NCBI GenBank assembly: GCA_040954595.2
Contig: CM082576.2
Span: forward strand, 124,001 to 188,000
DNA length: 64,000 nt
Direction of reading: 5' to 3'
Source of the DNA: Balanoglossus misakiensis
Lineage: Eukaryota; Animalia; Hemichordata
A model generated the notes under the pieces. It did not search any database and was not told the origin of the DNA. It saw nothing but the letters and a program-made list of their open reading frames with translations. Of this stretch, positions 26,729 through 39,039 are shown piece by piece. The position numbers were made by a program, and so were the translations under genes. Position 1 is the first letter of the stretch. The number at the start of each line of letters is the position of its first letter.

Positions 26729-28254
26729 ACATGAAATTGCCTCACCTGTCATATCAAACATTTAAAATTTGATTAGTGAAGAATGTAGACTTCCCATGAT
26801 GCATTGGGTTTTATTTACATGGAACCTCAGAGTTAATTAGACTATCACAGAATCCACACTGCATCAGTGAAATGTAAACTTATCAGTGCAATGGGTTGAA
26901 TGTAGCATCATGGGGGGAGACTGGTTGTAACTCATTAAATGTAAATATTGTAAACATTACACTTTTGAAGTAAAGAAAAACATTCATAAATAACAGAACT
27001 GCCCTTTCAGGGGACTTTTTCTACCACTTTTTAAACCTTCTCAATTTTCACCTGCACTGCATTCTAAAATTACACTTGCACCTTTACAGTAAACTTCTGT
27101 ACTATAAGTTCTATATATTTTGAATATACAATAATCTTCAGTATTTTATATTGTACAAACATAAATCATGCACACTGTGTTCCAAAGGTCACAGGATTAG
27201 TGGATAATTTTCTACAAATCATGTCTGCTCAGTGAACAAACGGTGGACTTTGTCCTTTGTCACTAACACCTTTGCAAACCACTTAATTTCGTATTATTTT
27301 TTTTAACTCAAAAAGAAATTTTAGGAATATGAAAATTTACACTATGTAATGCAGGACAACTTTGATTCGTTTGTGTTGGTGACCTAGGTGACAACTGCTG
27401 AGATGAACCTGTACATTCACACACACATTTTAATTTATTTCTATTTTCAGATGTTAAAATCAGGAAGTCTGTTGTCTATTACTTGGTTTTCAATCATGAA
27501 TTCTGAAAAGGAAATCATCCTATTATTTGACAACTGGTAACACTGGGTGTTCCTGAAAATGTTAATGTCGACTCAGTCTCTCTGATGTACCTTTTTTTAA
27601 AGATAATTAATATTTAATGACATAGGAAATTGCTTTTAAAGCATTTTTACTTGCAGAATTGTTGACTATTTTCCAAAGTGTACTGTACATACTTCATTAA
27701 GATGCACAGGAAGTTCTACTAAAAACTTTATTTGAGGAATGAGGGTTGGTATAACTGTTGGAGTGGGTAAAGGAAACTGTATCACTGCACTTGACAACTC
27801 CTGACATTTAAAAATAATCTCTTGAAGAGTTTGTAAAATTTATATTGCGTTCACTGTATTTTATAGTTCAAAATAATTTAAGATCATTCTGTATTGTTGC
27901 CAATTGTGGCTTTTAACAATTAAAACAGCTGAAGGTGATATCATGTTTGTTATTGTTGTTGGTGGATATAGATCTATATGTTTGCTGAATGGCATGTGTG
28001 CAATGTGGACTGTATGCTCTGAGTAAGAATCTGGCATAAAATGCAGGCAATCAGATAGGAAAACTTAACTTAGAACAGACTGGGAAGCATACATTTTACC
28101 ATGAAAACTAAAGACTGTTCAGAATAAATTGCAGATTTCCAAATTTTGAGTGGAGTCAAGTAATCCAAGCTTCAACCAATCAGATTTCATACTTGGGTCA
28201 ATGAGTGTTTTCCCATTTCCTGCCATTTTATTCGTTGATCTACACAGTTTGAAA

Positions 28255-28273
28255 TGGTCTCTAGGGGGCGCTA
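28255..28273 (+). promoter_or_regulatory. CTCF-like binding motif between the convergent PLEKHG and YPEL5 genes
   Basis: TGGTCTCTAGGGGGCGCTA versus consensus TGGCCACCAGGGGGCGCTA (16/19). Confidence 0.45.
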
Positions 28274-30534
28274 CCCTGGGCTTGTTGATATATAAAGTAG
28301 ATATCCTATGGCTTTTAATTTTTCCATGCCCAAGGGCTTTTCAGAACGACTCATCATACTAGAAGTACTATGATCCCTAGACTCTCTCACAGCCCACGGT
28401 TCGCTACAGGCTCTTCACTGACGGCCCTCAACTGTTTGGCAAGGGAGAAGCACCGTTTGGTGTTGTGTAGCGAACCTTATCCCATGCAGGGATTTTCGTG
28501 GAGCAGCAAGTTAACATACACTTCCTCACAAAAATCAGGTAAAGAACAAGCACACAAAAAATGATAGAGAGAAATAATGGTGACAGGAATTGCCACCTGC
28601 TTTGGGCTAAACAAAAAAGTCCCAGAATCCTCACACAAAAACTTCTGATGAAGAACTGATGTGTATTATGAAAAATATTCAGAATTTCTCTCCTCTCCAA
28701 AAATTGCAATTTCAATTTTATATTATGCAAAGATATAAAACATGTTCTATAATTTAAGCATGAAAACCTGACCTCACTGCCACGTCAACAGCTTGTATAG
28801 ACACCAAAGTGATCCATCACGCCTGTCAGCTTTTGCACCCCATGACACTTGCAATAACACAACACTATGGCAGCTTGTAGCCAGATCAACTATTGGATGA
28901 ACTAAAACAAACAAGCTGTAGGTGCAGTATCTCACCATCAATACATTTGCAAGTGTTATTCTCAGCAACAATGAGAACAGCTTGTCATGTATGAAGAAAC
29001 CATCTCTTGTTCAGATGCTATCATTGTACTGTTCCAACTGCAGCCAAGTGTGTGTACGTGGGGGGGGGGGGGGGGGGGGATCATAGCAAAGTAGCATTTC
29101 CTTCATTTCTAGATGTCCACACAGATATGGGGGCAATACATATAGGCAGCTACATACCATGACATTTGATGGCACAGGTTAATTCCTTGGTTTATAACAA
29201 ATGAAACAGTCACCACAAACATGTTTTTCTCCAGTATATATTCTATAATCAATGCCAGCAAAGAACAGGTTTAATGACAGCAAGTACAAAATAGACACCA
29301 CTTTAGTAGCCTGACATACATCTTGATCAATCATGTATTCTACAGCAGTTTGCAGGTGTGATTAGTGATTCTGTTGCTACACAAAATGATGGCTGAAGGT
29401 GAAGCTGAGATTTTTCAGATCACACTGAAAATGACAGAAGCAACTAAAAACTCAATGCACATTTGAGTTGATGGACTGGGTGTTTTATTCTACATTTCAC
29501 AAAGCTGGAGAAGGGGTTAGATTTTGATTTTGATTTTATATATGTAGCCATGGATAAAAAAAATGTATGACAAAATTAATTTTTTGATATACCAACACAC
29601 CCTCCACAAAGACTTTTGAGCACTAACTAGTCTCACATGATCACAAGATCAAACAGGGGAGTTCTTCCACTATTGAGGGGAAAGGGTTTTATTCCCAAGT
29701 CAAACAGTGTATCTCACTAATAAATCACACAATCTCAGCCAAAAACTTATGCACTGTATACGGATTATGTACTAAAGGGGTACATAAATACTAGTATAAC
29801 ACCCAATATCTAATTCTGCCAGGAAAGAGGAAACTAGAAATAAAACAATGTCATAAACAACAGAGAAATAAAACAATTGTTTGTCAAGGTTTCCTCACAA
29901 GTACTGCAAGCTGGCAGGACTTTTTACTAGTGATTTTATACATGATCAACACAATATGAGTCATCATTGGTGGTTTTCTAACAAACATCAATTTCAGCCA
30001 GAGAGAGACAGTATGTTAAGGATGTTGGCTTTGGAACTTCTTTATGTCCAATGCAATGCACAAAGCTGACAATACAAGAACAAAGACATATTTTGACAAT
30101 ACAGAAAAAAGTCAAGTAGTTTGGAGAAATTGAGTAGGGCTTTTCCTTTCACATTTCATCTGTCTATCAATGTTTGAGTGGAAATAATATAGTCAACTGA
30201 TTTGTGCAATCTACCCATAATAGCAGTAAGAGAAAATCTTTTCTTTCATGATGTACAGCTGACAATGAAAATCAACTCCACCATAGCATGACTGTAACAG
30301 TGCAAGGCCAAATCTACCACAGCCAATCTAGACATTTCCATGAGATGTTTGTGCTGAAAGCAATGGTCCTGTGATGTGCTGCCATCATATCTTAGCATGT
30401 AAATATTTCATTCATGGAATGTCTCTGTAAATTGCATGATAGTGTATACTGTGGCTGGACTGACTTTCTGACAATCATACCATTATATTATACAAAACTA
30501 TATTCAAATACTATATCAGAAAAGCTGATGCATG

Positions 30535-30891
30535 TCAGTCTCCCATGTGTTCTTCTATGCCTTCACTCTCCGTAACTAATGCTCTCTCCAAAATCACTCT
30601 CCCTTCTTTGTATCTTTGATTATCCTCTGTTGCAAACTCATAAATCCAGCCTAGCTTAGCATCGCAATTTTTACAGCAGACGTCTCGCACCATGTGTCGG
30701 CCTGTGAGCATGACCCGGTCTTGGACTTCGCTGTAGTTGAGATTGACCACTTTGTTGAAGAGGAAGGCCCGCCCTGTGGCCCCTGTAAATCTGGTGGATA
30801 TTAGCTCTGCCCTGTTTGTGAGGATTGTGTCACAGCTTGCACAGGAGAACAACCGTGATCCTCCAATGTGATCTAGGAATATCCGCCCCAT
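30535..30891 (-). CDS. YPEL5: Protein yippee-like 5 (CTLH/GID complex subunit), 118 aa, single coding exon
   Basis: [72 protein letters not shown] is near-identical to vertebrate YPEL5. A 5'UTR intron is predicted from 32558 (CAA|GTAAGT on -) to 30916 (TTAG|). Confidence 0.97.
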   Translation of the reverse strand: MGRIFLDHIGGSRLFSCASCDTILTNRAELISTRFTGATGRAFLFNKVVNLNYSEVQDRVMLTGRHMVRDVCCKNCDAKLGWIYEFATEDNQRYKEGRVILERALVTESEGIEEHMGD

Positions 30892-31079
30892 GGTAATGCT
30901 TTACGTTTGCTGTGCCTAATAATATAAAAGGAGCATACACTCTGTGAAACTGTGATGAAATCATTGATATACATGTACATTTATATTTTCTGCCTGGATC
31001 ACACAATACAACTCCTGATCAGTGATATTACTAGTATTCTGTTTATAGGATTAGCTCAGGTGGTAAAAGCTTGAGATCA

Positions 31080-31444
31080 ACAGAGATTGGTGGTCATTTT
31101 GAATTTAAAATTTGAGACATGTTGACACAATTTTGCTGTCTTTCAAATTTTTTCACGGTGACCCCTAATTTTTATTCTCAATTTTAACTTTAAGAGAGAA
31201 TAATGATATCTAAACTTGGCTTGAGAAAAACATAAAAAATTGTTTACTTTGATTTCCGACAATTACATCAAACTCCCCAAGGACATTGTGGGAACACTAA
31301 TAATTTGACCAAACACTATTCCTATGTGGCGTATAAGATTGTGCCAGCCACTCCTTGTTGCTGTGCGGACTTGACTGGACATTGACTTGCAAAAACAGTG
31401 GTTGCGTCATAGCATAGTGTTCAGTGGCGACCAGATAACCTTAA
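31080..31444. mobile_element. Probable older DNA-transposon remnant ending at the TTAA used by the MITE
   Basis: Ends ...GACCAGATAACC-TTAA, a YY-TTAA terminus. No matching left end was identified. Confidence 0.3.
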
Positions 31445-32053
31445 AGGGGAAATCCGTCGTAGCTGATTTCTACATCATTTGGTAGCTTTGATGTCACTCT
31501 TTCAGAAAAAAACATATTCACCATGTATAGGTCGCGCGATTTTTTACAAAATCTAGGGAAAGTTCCAATATGGCGTTTACTGTAATTTGAATCATGGGAA
31601 AAAAAGCGCCAGGACCAACTTCCGCCCACCATGGTGTGGGTGATACCATTCTCCGATAGGTGTCACTGGGCGACAGACTAGGCGTATTTTCATAGCTATT
31701 GTTTGTTCTTTGCATCAGTTGATAAACAATCATCAGCAAAGTCGAAAATTTGTCATCTATTGACAGTTTTCATGAGCTATAACCCATGGAAAATATGCAA
31801 ATACGCTTAGCTTGTGAAGCAGTGACACCAATCGGAAAATGGTATCACCCACACTAAGGTGGGCGGAAGTTGGTCCTGGCGCTTTTTTTCCCATGATTCA
31901 AATTACAGTAAACGCCATATTGGAAATTCTGCCAACTTTCCCTAGATTTTGTAAAAAATCGCGCGACCTATACATGGCGAATATGTTTTTTTCTGAAAGA
32001 GTGACATCAAAGCTACCAAATTATGTAGAAATCAGCTACGACGGATTTCCCCT
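31445..32053. mobile_element. Complete Kolobok-like MITE (609 bp) in the YPEL5 5'UTR intron
   Basis: TTAA TSD at 31441-31444 and 32054-32057; termini AGGGGAAATCC...GGATTTCCCCT (RR...YY with TTAA fits Kolobok rather than piggyBac). TIRs are about 225-235 bp (31445-31668 / 31820-32053); the left arm has an internal deletion of about 10 bp. Confidence 0.88.
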
Positions 32054-32558
32054 TTAATGAATATGCAAATTAGTTATCTGTTCTATCGGAAATGCAGTGC
32101 GGAATTGCAACATTTCATTTTTATGACTGGCTTCCTGGCTATCGTGGACACGGTGGACCTCTCACGTATTCTTTTATAAATCTGACAACAGTTTAGTTCA
32201 TTCTGGAGGAAAATCGCCATGACATTGATGTGTTCTCGTTAAAAACCGTAAACAAGTAACTCGAAGTCGAAGGCCGATGGGAATACTGGATTGCAAACAC
32301 ATATGACAAAATACATCTGCATATAATTTCGCTTTTAATTGTTTGAAATGCCAGTACAGACAATCTTACGGGTTTTAAATATATATATATGACGGTAATA
32401 TAGTATGAAACAAAGGAAATTAAACCTGAGGTGGCTGGCAGGTCAATTTGAATATATTCACTCATAGTCATACTGTATGACTGATTATTCCGTGAAACGC
32501 AAGATTAATGACAAAACTTCGCCATTGAATCACGCCATACTACGCTGAAAACACTTAC

Positions 32559-32720
32559 TTGTGGTTTAGGGAGAAATGCCTACTTGTTTGTCTACAAGAT
32601 ACGCCAAAATAATGAGAATAATAATGTTGCACCGCAACAGTCCCAACTCACAGCAGAGAGGTCGGCTTCGTTCGTTCTAACAATAACAAAATGACGTCAC
32701 ACACCACGTGTTTAAATCGC
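32559..32720 (-). promoter_or_regulatory. Putative YPEL5 non-coding first exon and promoter
   Basis: Strong donor at 32558, CpG-rich context, CRE TGACGTCA 32692-32699 and E-box CACGTG 32705-32710 just upstream. Confidence 0.55.
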
Positions 32721-34221
32721 GCCATTATCGCAAAAGTCGAGATTGCAACGAGACTTGTCCTGCCAGGCGCTGGATCGCGTGCATGGTCCGTGCAACCTCA
32801 CTCATGCACTGATGAGTGAACTACCCACATGCAATACATGTTTATCATTTTCCACAACATTTGAGACCCCCTAACTGAAAAGTAGGACGGGAACACCCTG
32901 TTTTCTCTGTGTTTTTGTATTTAAAATGTATATAAATCAGGAAAATGACAATATTTTCAAGACTTTTTAGTTTGAATGGACCGACCACTACCCTAAAACA
33001 GACTTTAACATGAAGAGCAGGAAACACCATACGGTGGAAATAAACAGGGCAACACGTTAATAGTAAACAATATTTCTGGAAATGAACTGTGAAAATGCAA
33101 GCAAGGACACACTATATACTACTTTGATAGCAAGCTGAAGCGCAGTGGAAGGGTACTATCAGTGTCCTATTTCTTTTATGACAAAGTGATGGACATGTTT
33201 TCGGCTATGCTTTCCAAAACATGGTAAATTTCTATGTAATCGTGAGAAAAATGTATTTCCCTCTTGGTAGGCCTACAACAATTGACAATCAAAAACACCT
33301 AGTGTATTGTTTATGTAAGACAACTGTCCGAATAATCCCGATGTCGTGTTGCTGTGAACAGATTATACAAACAAAGACCAGATATTTTTAATATCCACGT
33401 TTAGCCATGATTCAATGCGTGAAACTATCGCCTTCACAAATCGTTACGTTTACACGGATTAAAACAGAATGTTCATGATTTCAGGACGTGTGTACAGACC
33501 TGCAACATAGTTTGTTATAAGTGTAGAGAATTGATGCCAACCTGATCATATCGGTTTTCGAACTTTGTTCTCTACGTCTGTTTTAACCCCTAACAACAAC
33601 AACAACAACAAAGAGGGTCGACTTGCTGTTGCCAACGTTCTAGAATTTAAAACATTCTTCGCAAATATGCCGATAGACCTATAGTAGGATTGTTAAATCA
33701 CGTAATCTAATTGACTAAACATTTACGAATGAATAGGCAACATATCGATAATATCAATGGTCGTTACACGTATGCAGTACAACTACTTTTAAAAGGCAGA
33801 ATACTGCAGGGGTACATCACTACAATTGGAACTACTTTACATGTATATTCATAGGACTGTTGCTTGTATTGAATAGTCATGCGCGTCATCGCAATACTTT
33901 ACTTTTAGCAAGTTGAGAACATGAAATAACGATGGCGTCGATAAGAAAAGTATTTGTATATATTTAACCGATCGTATTTTCGTGATAATTATAGACATGT
34001 GCTATAAAAAGTATGTTGACAAATCAACCTTCAACGACACCATCTGTCAAGTGGATCGTACAGTCACGATCCTATTTGTAGACCGCATCACACTCGTCTT
34101 CCTCCTGTGAAGCGGTCCACGTCAACACAACTGTGACAGTAAGACCAAAGCAGTGGCATAGACTCTCATAGAGACAGGCATTTCGTTAGCAAGTAAGTGA
34201 ATATCCGCAAATTAATGTAAA

Positions 34222-35787
34222 ATGTCTTCTCGCGGTCCGTGGAAGTTCGTGGTGTACTTATCTATCAGCCTTATTTTATGCGGAGCATCTATAAGATACT
34301 TTAACGACTCCACGTGCAACAACAAGAGTGGCGTGGACGAGGTCTCCCCCAGGAATTTCCATACGCTTGGTGGTTTGGAGTCGCCTGTCATTTCTGAAAT
34401 CAAAACACCGATGGAATCGGAAGAAATTTTGAGATCCAAGATGTTAAGTTTGAGGTTGAAATGTAACTGTCCTGAACCACCAGATTGGTTGAAACCGGTC
34501 AACAAAAGACGAATTGACGAAGGCCGCAAGTGGCAACGTTGGAAGGAGAAGAGACGTGAACCGTTATCTCTATGTAAAGCCATGTCTCCCTTATATTACA
34601 TCGGTAGTGGTATTACTGTGGAACCGTATCAAACTGTTCGTATTGTTGGTCTCTCTCTACACCCTATGGCCGAGGCTATTTACAAACACATAGATGCAGA
34701 TTTAGTTCTGAAAGTGTCTTCGGCTAGACGCCTTGGGGTGCCGAACATACCAGAAGATTTTCCAGAAACTGACGAATCGGTTTTACAACTAGTAGACGAT
34801 GGTGGCTACACACTTCATATCAATTTTAAAAGGAACATAGACTTGTTGAAACGAGCCCTCGACAAGTTACGGTATACCAGTGATAGATTCGAGTTGGATG
34901 CTCGAGAAAAGCTACAGATCACGATTTTCAACTTTACAGTCGATGTCTATATACATGTGCTACGACAACCATTGCCAGATTTGTATGATCCCGGAGAAAA
35001 CAACGACATTGCCGATAAAGTCACTGTGATAACGAAAACGTTTGAACGACCCGACGTTCTGGAAATCTTTATTGAAAACGTCCGTCGATACTATCCGAGT
35101 GTTACCATTATCATCGCAGACGATTCAAAAAACCCTAAACCGATCAATAAACCGAATGTAAAACAATTTCTTATGCCATACAGAGAAGGTTGCTTTCCAG
35201 GTAGAAATTTAGCATTGAGTCAGGTACGGACAAAATTCGTATTATTTCTGGACGATGACTTTATGTTCACCGAAAAAACAAGTTTAGAGAACATGGTAAA
35301 TAAACTTGAGGACGAAAACATAGGCATGGATATCGTGGCGGGATTAGTACAGGGGTTCGGCTTGCAAATCAAAGGACTTCGTACTATTGCTTACAACGAC
35401 ACACAGGGTTATTGCAATCTTGGACCAATCAGACCGAAGAATCGACAGGTTCCTGGGTATCCGCAGTGTGAGTGGGGTGAAATGTTTCATAACTTTTTCA
35501 TGGCTAAGACAGCTGTTTTGAGAAGCATTGGATTTTATCCACAGTTAGTCCAAGCGGCTCACGAGGAATTCTGGATTGACGCCATTGGAAAAGCGAAAAG
35601 TGCTTTCTGTTCGGACAGTGAAGTCATTCATCAGCAAGGTAGAAACGAAAAGTACAACGTTCTTCGTGCAGAAACCGGTCAATTATTGGCCCGAAATCCA
35701 ATGTCACTTTTCGAAAACAACGCATGTTATTGGTGGGTGTTGCATCAATTCCCCAACGTTACTCATCGTCACGATCTACTGGTGTGA
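34222..35787 (+). CDS. Beta-1,4-N-acetylgalactosaminyltransferase (B4GALNT1/2-like, GT12), copy A, 521 aa, intronless
   Basis: Type II N-terminal TM. Motifs LYDPG, KVTVITKTFERP, IIIADDS, GRNLALSQVRTKFVLFLDDDF (DxD), NFFMAKT and AHEEFW are characteristic of B4GALNT1/2. Confidence 0.92.
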   Translation: MSSRGPWKFVVYLSISLILCGASIRYFNDSTCNNKSGVDEVSPRNFHTLGGLESPVISEIKTPMESEEILRSKMLSLRLKCNCPEPPDWLKPVNKRRIDEGRKWQRWKEKRREPLSLCKAMSPLYYIGSGITVEPYQTVRIVGLSLHPMAEAIYKHIDADLVLKVSSARRLGVPNIPEDFPETDESVLQLVDDGGYTLHINFKRNIDLLKRALDKLRYTSDRFELDAREKLQITIFNFTVDVYIHVLRQPLPDLYDPGENNDIADKVTVITKTFERPDVLEIFIENVRRYYPSVTIIIADDSKNPKPINKPNVKQFLMPYREGCFPGRNLALSQVRTKFVLFLDDDFMFTEKTSLENMVNKLEDENIGMDIVAGLVQGFGLQIKGLRTIAYNDTQGYCNLGPIRPKNRQVPGYPQCEWGEMFHNFFMAKTAVLRSIGFYPQLVQAAHEEFWIDAIGKAKSAFCSDSEVIHQQGRNEKYNVLRAETGQLLARNPMSLFENNACYWWVLHQFPNVTHRHDLLV

Positions 35788-37117
35788 ATTCGGTGTTGTC
35801 GGAATTTATGGACATTGTGCATTCAATTTGATAAAACAAATATAAACACTAGTTTTAGAAGAAACAACTTGGAAATGTTCTCCTTGGTACGCTGGGCAAA
35901 GTCGTTATATTTTCTTTGACAAATGGTTTCATATCTATATACTGACAGTCGGTGTATGATTCGTGGAAGCGGGAAGAAATTTAACAGTCATACCGGTGTA
36001 GTACTTACATCAAAAACATTATCTGCTGATAAGTCGCTCAGAAAATTTGAGTAATGTGCCTGCTTTTTACCGGTACCTGTTAAACTATAGCTATTCACAA
36101 GAATTTCATCGCCTGTCCGAGTATACTATTTGATAAAGTAAAATTATAGTATCAAACAATTTGAAGTGGATATTTTATAAATGCAATTGTGTTGGAAATT
36201 AACGATTTGATATCCTTGGCTTCAGTGTTCGATTTCCAAGAAACGAGGATAATCTAAATGATAATAAAGTAAACTTAAATCTGACAATGGTGTCCCCTTT
36301 CTGTCATTTGCCCAACAAAATATACAGTAATTTCTGAAGGTAATACCATTACATTGCGAAACACGAGAATTTTTCTTGTCCATTTGCCACTGTTTATATT
36401 TCTGCTATTCGGTTTATTTTGCGTTGCGAAAATATTGTGACATACAGGTCAGACACACCTGTGATATCATAAGCGACATAAATTATGATAATAGCGGCAA
36501 CATCATCATTGAATACCAGTAAATGTGCCAAGCCTGACCTCAGTTCATGTAATTTGTCGATATTTTTCTGAATAAAGGAAATCAAACTGGCTTTTTGGCT
36601 GGTACCCCTGCCTCGGTGACAAACACCAAAGAGGCAGGTAAACACAAACCGCCATACTAGTATTTAGAATTGTGGAATCTGATTGGCTAATAAATGAACG
36701 TTCTAACACATTACAAAATGGCGGACGCCCTTTATCCTTTATCCCTTTATCTGCGTCTATCTTCGTGACGCGTCTTTTTGCCTAGTCACGTGAGACGCAG
36801 TGTTCAGCGAAACTGGCTTTGATATGCAAATTTGCCTTGTCACCTGTATTCTTTCACGCACGACCCAATCAAATAGACAATAAAAGTGGAACACTTTTAA
36901 TTATTTTTAGTTAACAAGCAGTGCCGTAGAGCCAATTGTTACTGAATCAATGACCTTGAAATCAACGAAAATTACATACCTATCGAATGCCCAATTTAAA
37001 TAGTTATGGACCAGGGTGTAATGTTAGAATATCGACAGTGTATTATTTCGTGGATTTAAAAAAAAAATAGAGCAGGTATAAGTGAAAATTTGGAATTTTG
37101 ACGTTTTCGGCAGTCAC

Positions 37118-37118
<1 letters not shown>

Positions 37119-37189
<71 letters not shown>

Positions 37190-37217
37190 GTCGTCGTCGT
37201 CGTCGTCGTTGTCGTCG
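37119..37217. repeat. Compound microsatellite (CAT)n-(CGT)n
   Basis: Directly visible; produces the poly-I and poly-D spurious ORFs. Confidence 0.95.
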
Positions 37218-37440
37218 CCGTGGTGGGTCCCTTGGAGATATCTGGTAATGTCAGAAAAAGCTGTGACACCACCAGTCAAATAAAAATGACCAGTCCCTAT
37301 ATGCATAAAAACTTTTTAAATTATCACCACCTGTTCATTCGGTCGATTGGGTGTGAACTGCATCACAACCGTCCACGATTTGGGTGATACTGTAATATCG
37401 TTCTCTAAAACGACGAGTAAAGTTTAAGATTTCCATCACC

Positions 37441-39039
37441 ATGGCAATTTACATATCTTCTCGCAGTTCGTTGAAGTTAGCGTTGTGCTTTTCTACTTGT
37501 CTAGTTTTATACGCGGCTTGGGCAGAATATTTCAGCGGGAGCAGTTCTAGATGTAATTTCTCAGACATCGACCAAAGGAACAGTGCAATGGATGATATTT
37601 CCTCGAAGCTTTTCCACCCGCTTGGTGGTTTGGAGTCGCCTGTCATTTCTGAAATCAAAACACCGATGGAATCGGAAGAAATTTTGAGATCCAAGATGTT
37701 AAGTTTGAGGTTGAAATGTAACTGTCCTGAACCACCAGATTGGTTGAAACCGGTCAACAAAAGACGAATTGACGAAGGCCGCAAGTGGCAACGTTGGAAG
37801 GAGAAGAGACGTGAACCGTTATCTCTATGTAAAGCCATGTCTCCCTTATATTACATCGGTAGTGGTATTACTGTGGAACCGTATCAAACAGTTCGTATTG
37901 TTGGTCTCTCTCTACACCCTATGGCCGAGGCTATTTACAAACACATAGATGCAGATTTAGTTCTGAAAGTGTCTTCGGCTAGACGCCTTGGGGTGCCGAA
38001 CATACCAGAAGATTTTCCAGAAACTGACGAATCGGTTTTACAACTAGTAGACGATGGTGGCTACACACTTCATATCAATTTTAAAAGGAACATAGACTTG
38101 TTGAAACGAGCCCTCGACAAGTTACGGTATACCAGTGATAGATTCGAGTTGGATGCTCGAGAAAAGCTACAGATCACGATTTTCAACTTTACAGTCGATG
38201 TCTATATACATGTGCTACGACAACCATTGCCAGATTTGTATGATCCCGGAGAAAACAACGACATTGCCGATAAAGTCACTGTGATAACGAAAACGTTTGA
38301 ACGACCCGACGTTCTGGAAATCTTTATTGAAAACGTCCGTCGATACTATCCGAGTGTTACCATTATCATCGCAGACGATTCAAAAAACCCTAAACCGATC
38401 AATAAACCGAATGTAAAACAATTTCTTATGCCATACAGAGAAGGTTGCTTTCCAGGTAGAAATTTAGCATTGAGTCAGGTACGGACAAAATTCGTATTAT
38501 TTCTGGACGATGACTTTATGTTCACCGAAAAAACAAGTTTAGAGAACATGGTAAATAAACTTGAGGACGAAAACATAGACATGGATATCGTGGCGGGATT
38601 TGTAGAAGGGTTCTATGTCATCAAAGGACTTCGTACTATTGCTTACAACGACACACAGGGTTATTGCAATCTTGGACCAATCAGACCGAAGAATCGACAG
38701 ATTCCTGGGTATCCGCAGTGTGAGTGGGGTGAAATGTTTCATAACTTTTTCATGGCTAAGACAGCTGTTTTGAGAAGCATTGGATTTTATCCACAGATAG
38801 TCCAAACGGCCCATGAAGAATTCTGGACAGACGCCATTGGGAAAGCGAAAAGTGCTTTCTGTTCGGACAGTGAAGTCATTCACCAACAAAGTAGAAATGA
38901 TATCTATAACCCGTTCCGTGCAGAAACTGGACAGTTATTGGCCAAGAATCCAATCACACTTTTCGAAAACAACGCATGTTATTGGTGGATGTTGTATAGG
39001 TTCCCCAATGTGACTGATCGTCATGAACTGCAGGTGTGA
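37441..39039 (+). CDS. Beta-1,4-N-acetylgalactosaminyltransferase (B4GALNT1/2-like, GT12), copy B, 532 aa, intronless
   Basis: Same motifs as copy A. Tandem paralog at offset 3255 bp, with a diverged N-terminal TM/stem. Confidence 0.92.
   Translation: MAIYISSRSSLKLALCFSTCLVLYAAWAEYFSGSSSRCNFSDIDQRNSAMDDISSKLFHPLGGLESPVISEIKTPMESEEILRSKMLSLRLKCNCPEPPDWLKPVNKRRIDEGRKWQRWKEKRREPLSLCKAMSPLYYIGSGITVEPYQTVRIVGLSLHPMAEAIYKHIDADLVLKVSSARRLGVPNIPEDFPETDESVLQLVDDGGYTLHINFKRNIDLLKRALDKLRYTSDRFELDAREKLQITIFNFTVDVYIHVLRQPLPDLYDPGENNDIADKVTVITKTFERPDVLEIFIENVRRYYPSVTIIIADDSKNPKPINKPNVKQFLMPYREGCFPGRNLALSQVRTKFVLFLDDDFMFTEKTSLENMVNKLEDENIDMDIVAGFVEGFYVIKGLRTIAYNDTQGYCNLGPIRPKNRQIPGYPQCEWGEMFHNFFMAKTAVLRSIGFYPQIVQTAHEEFWTDAIGKAKSAFCSDSEVIHQQSRNDIYNPFRAETGQLLAKNPITLFENNACYWWMLYRFPNVTDRHELQV

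Noticed and set aside
24194-26765. Many antisense and alternative-frame ORFs over the large PLEKHG exon
   Set aside because: Expected shadows of a long Ser/Glu/Asp-rich coding exon.
31048-31100. tRNA-like A-box (TAGCTCAGGTGGTA)
   Set aside because: No intact B-box or cloverleaf; at most a decayed tRNA-derived SINE head.
37043-37387. Poly-Asp/poly-Ile ORFs (also FIHS repeats at 46555 and poly-His at 58792)
   Set aside because: Translations of microsatellites.
34222-39039. B4GALNT pair as an uncollapsed haplotype duplication
   Set aside because: N-termini, C-termini and flanks are far too divergent for alleles; only the internal tract is near-identical.
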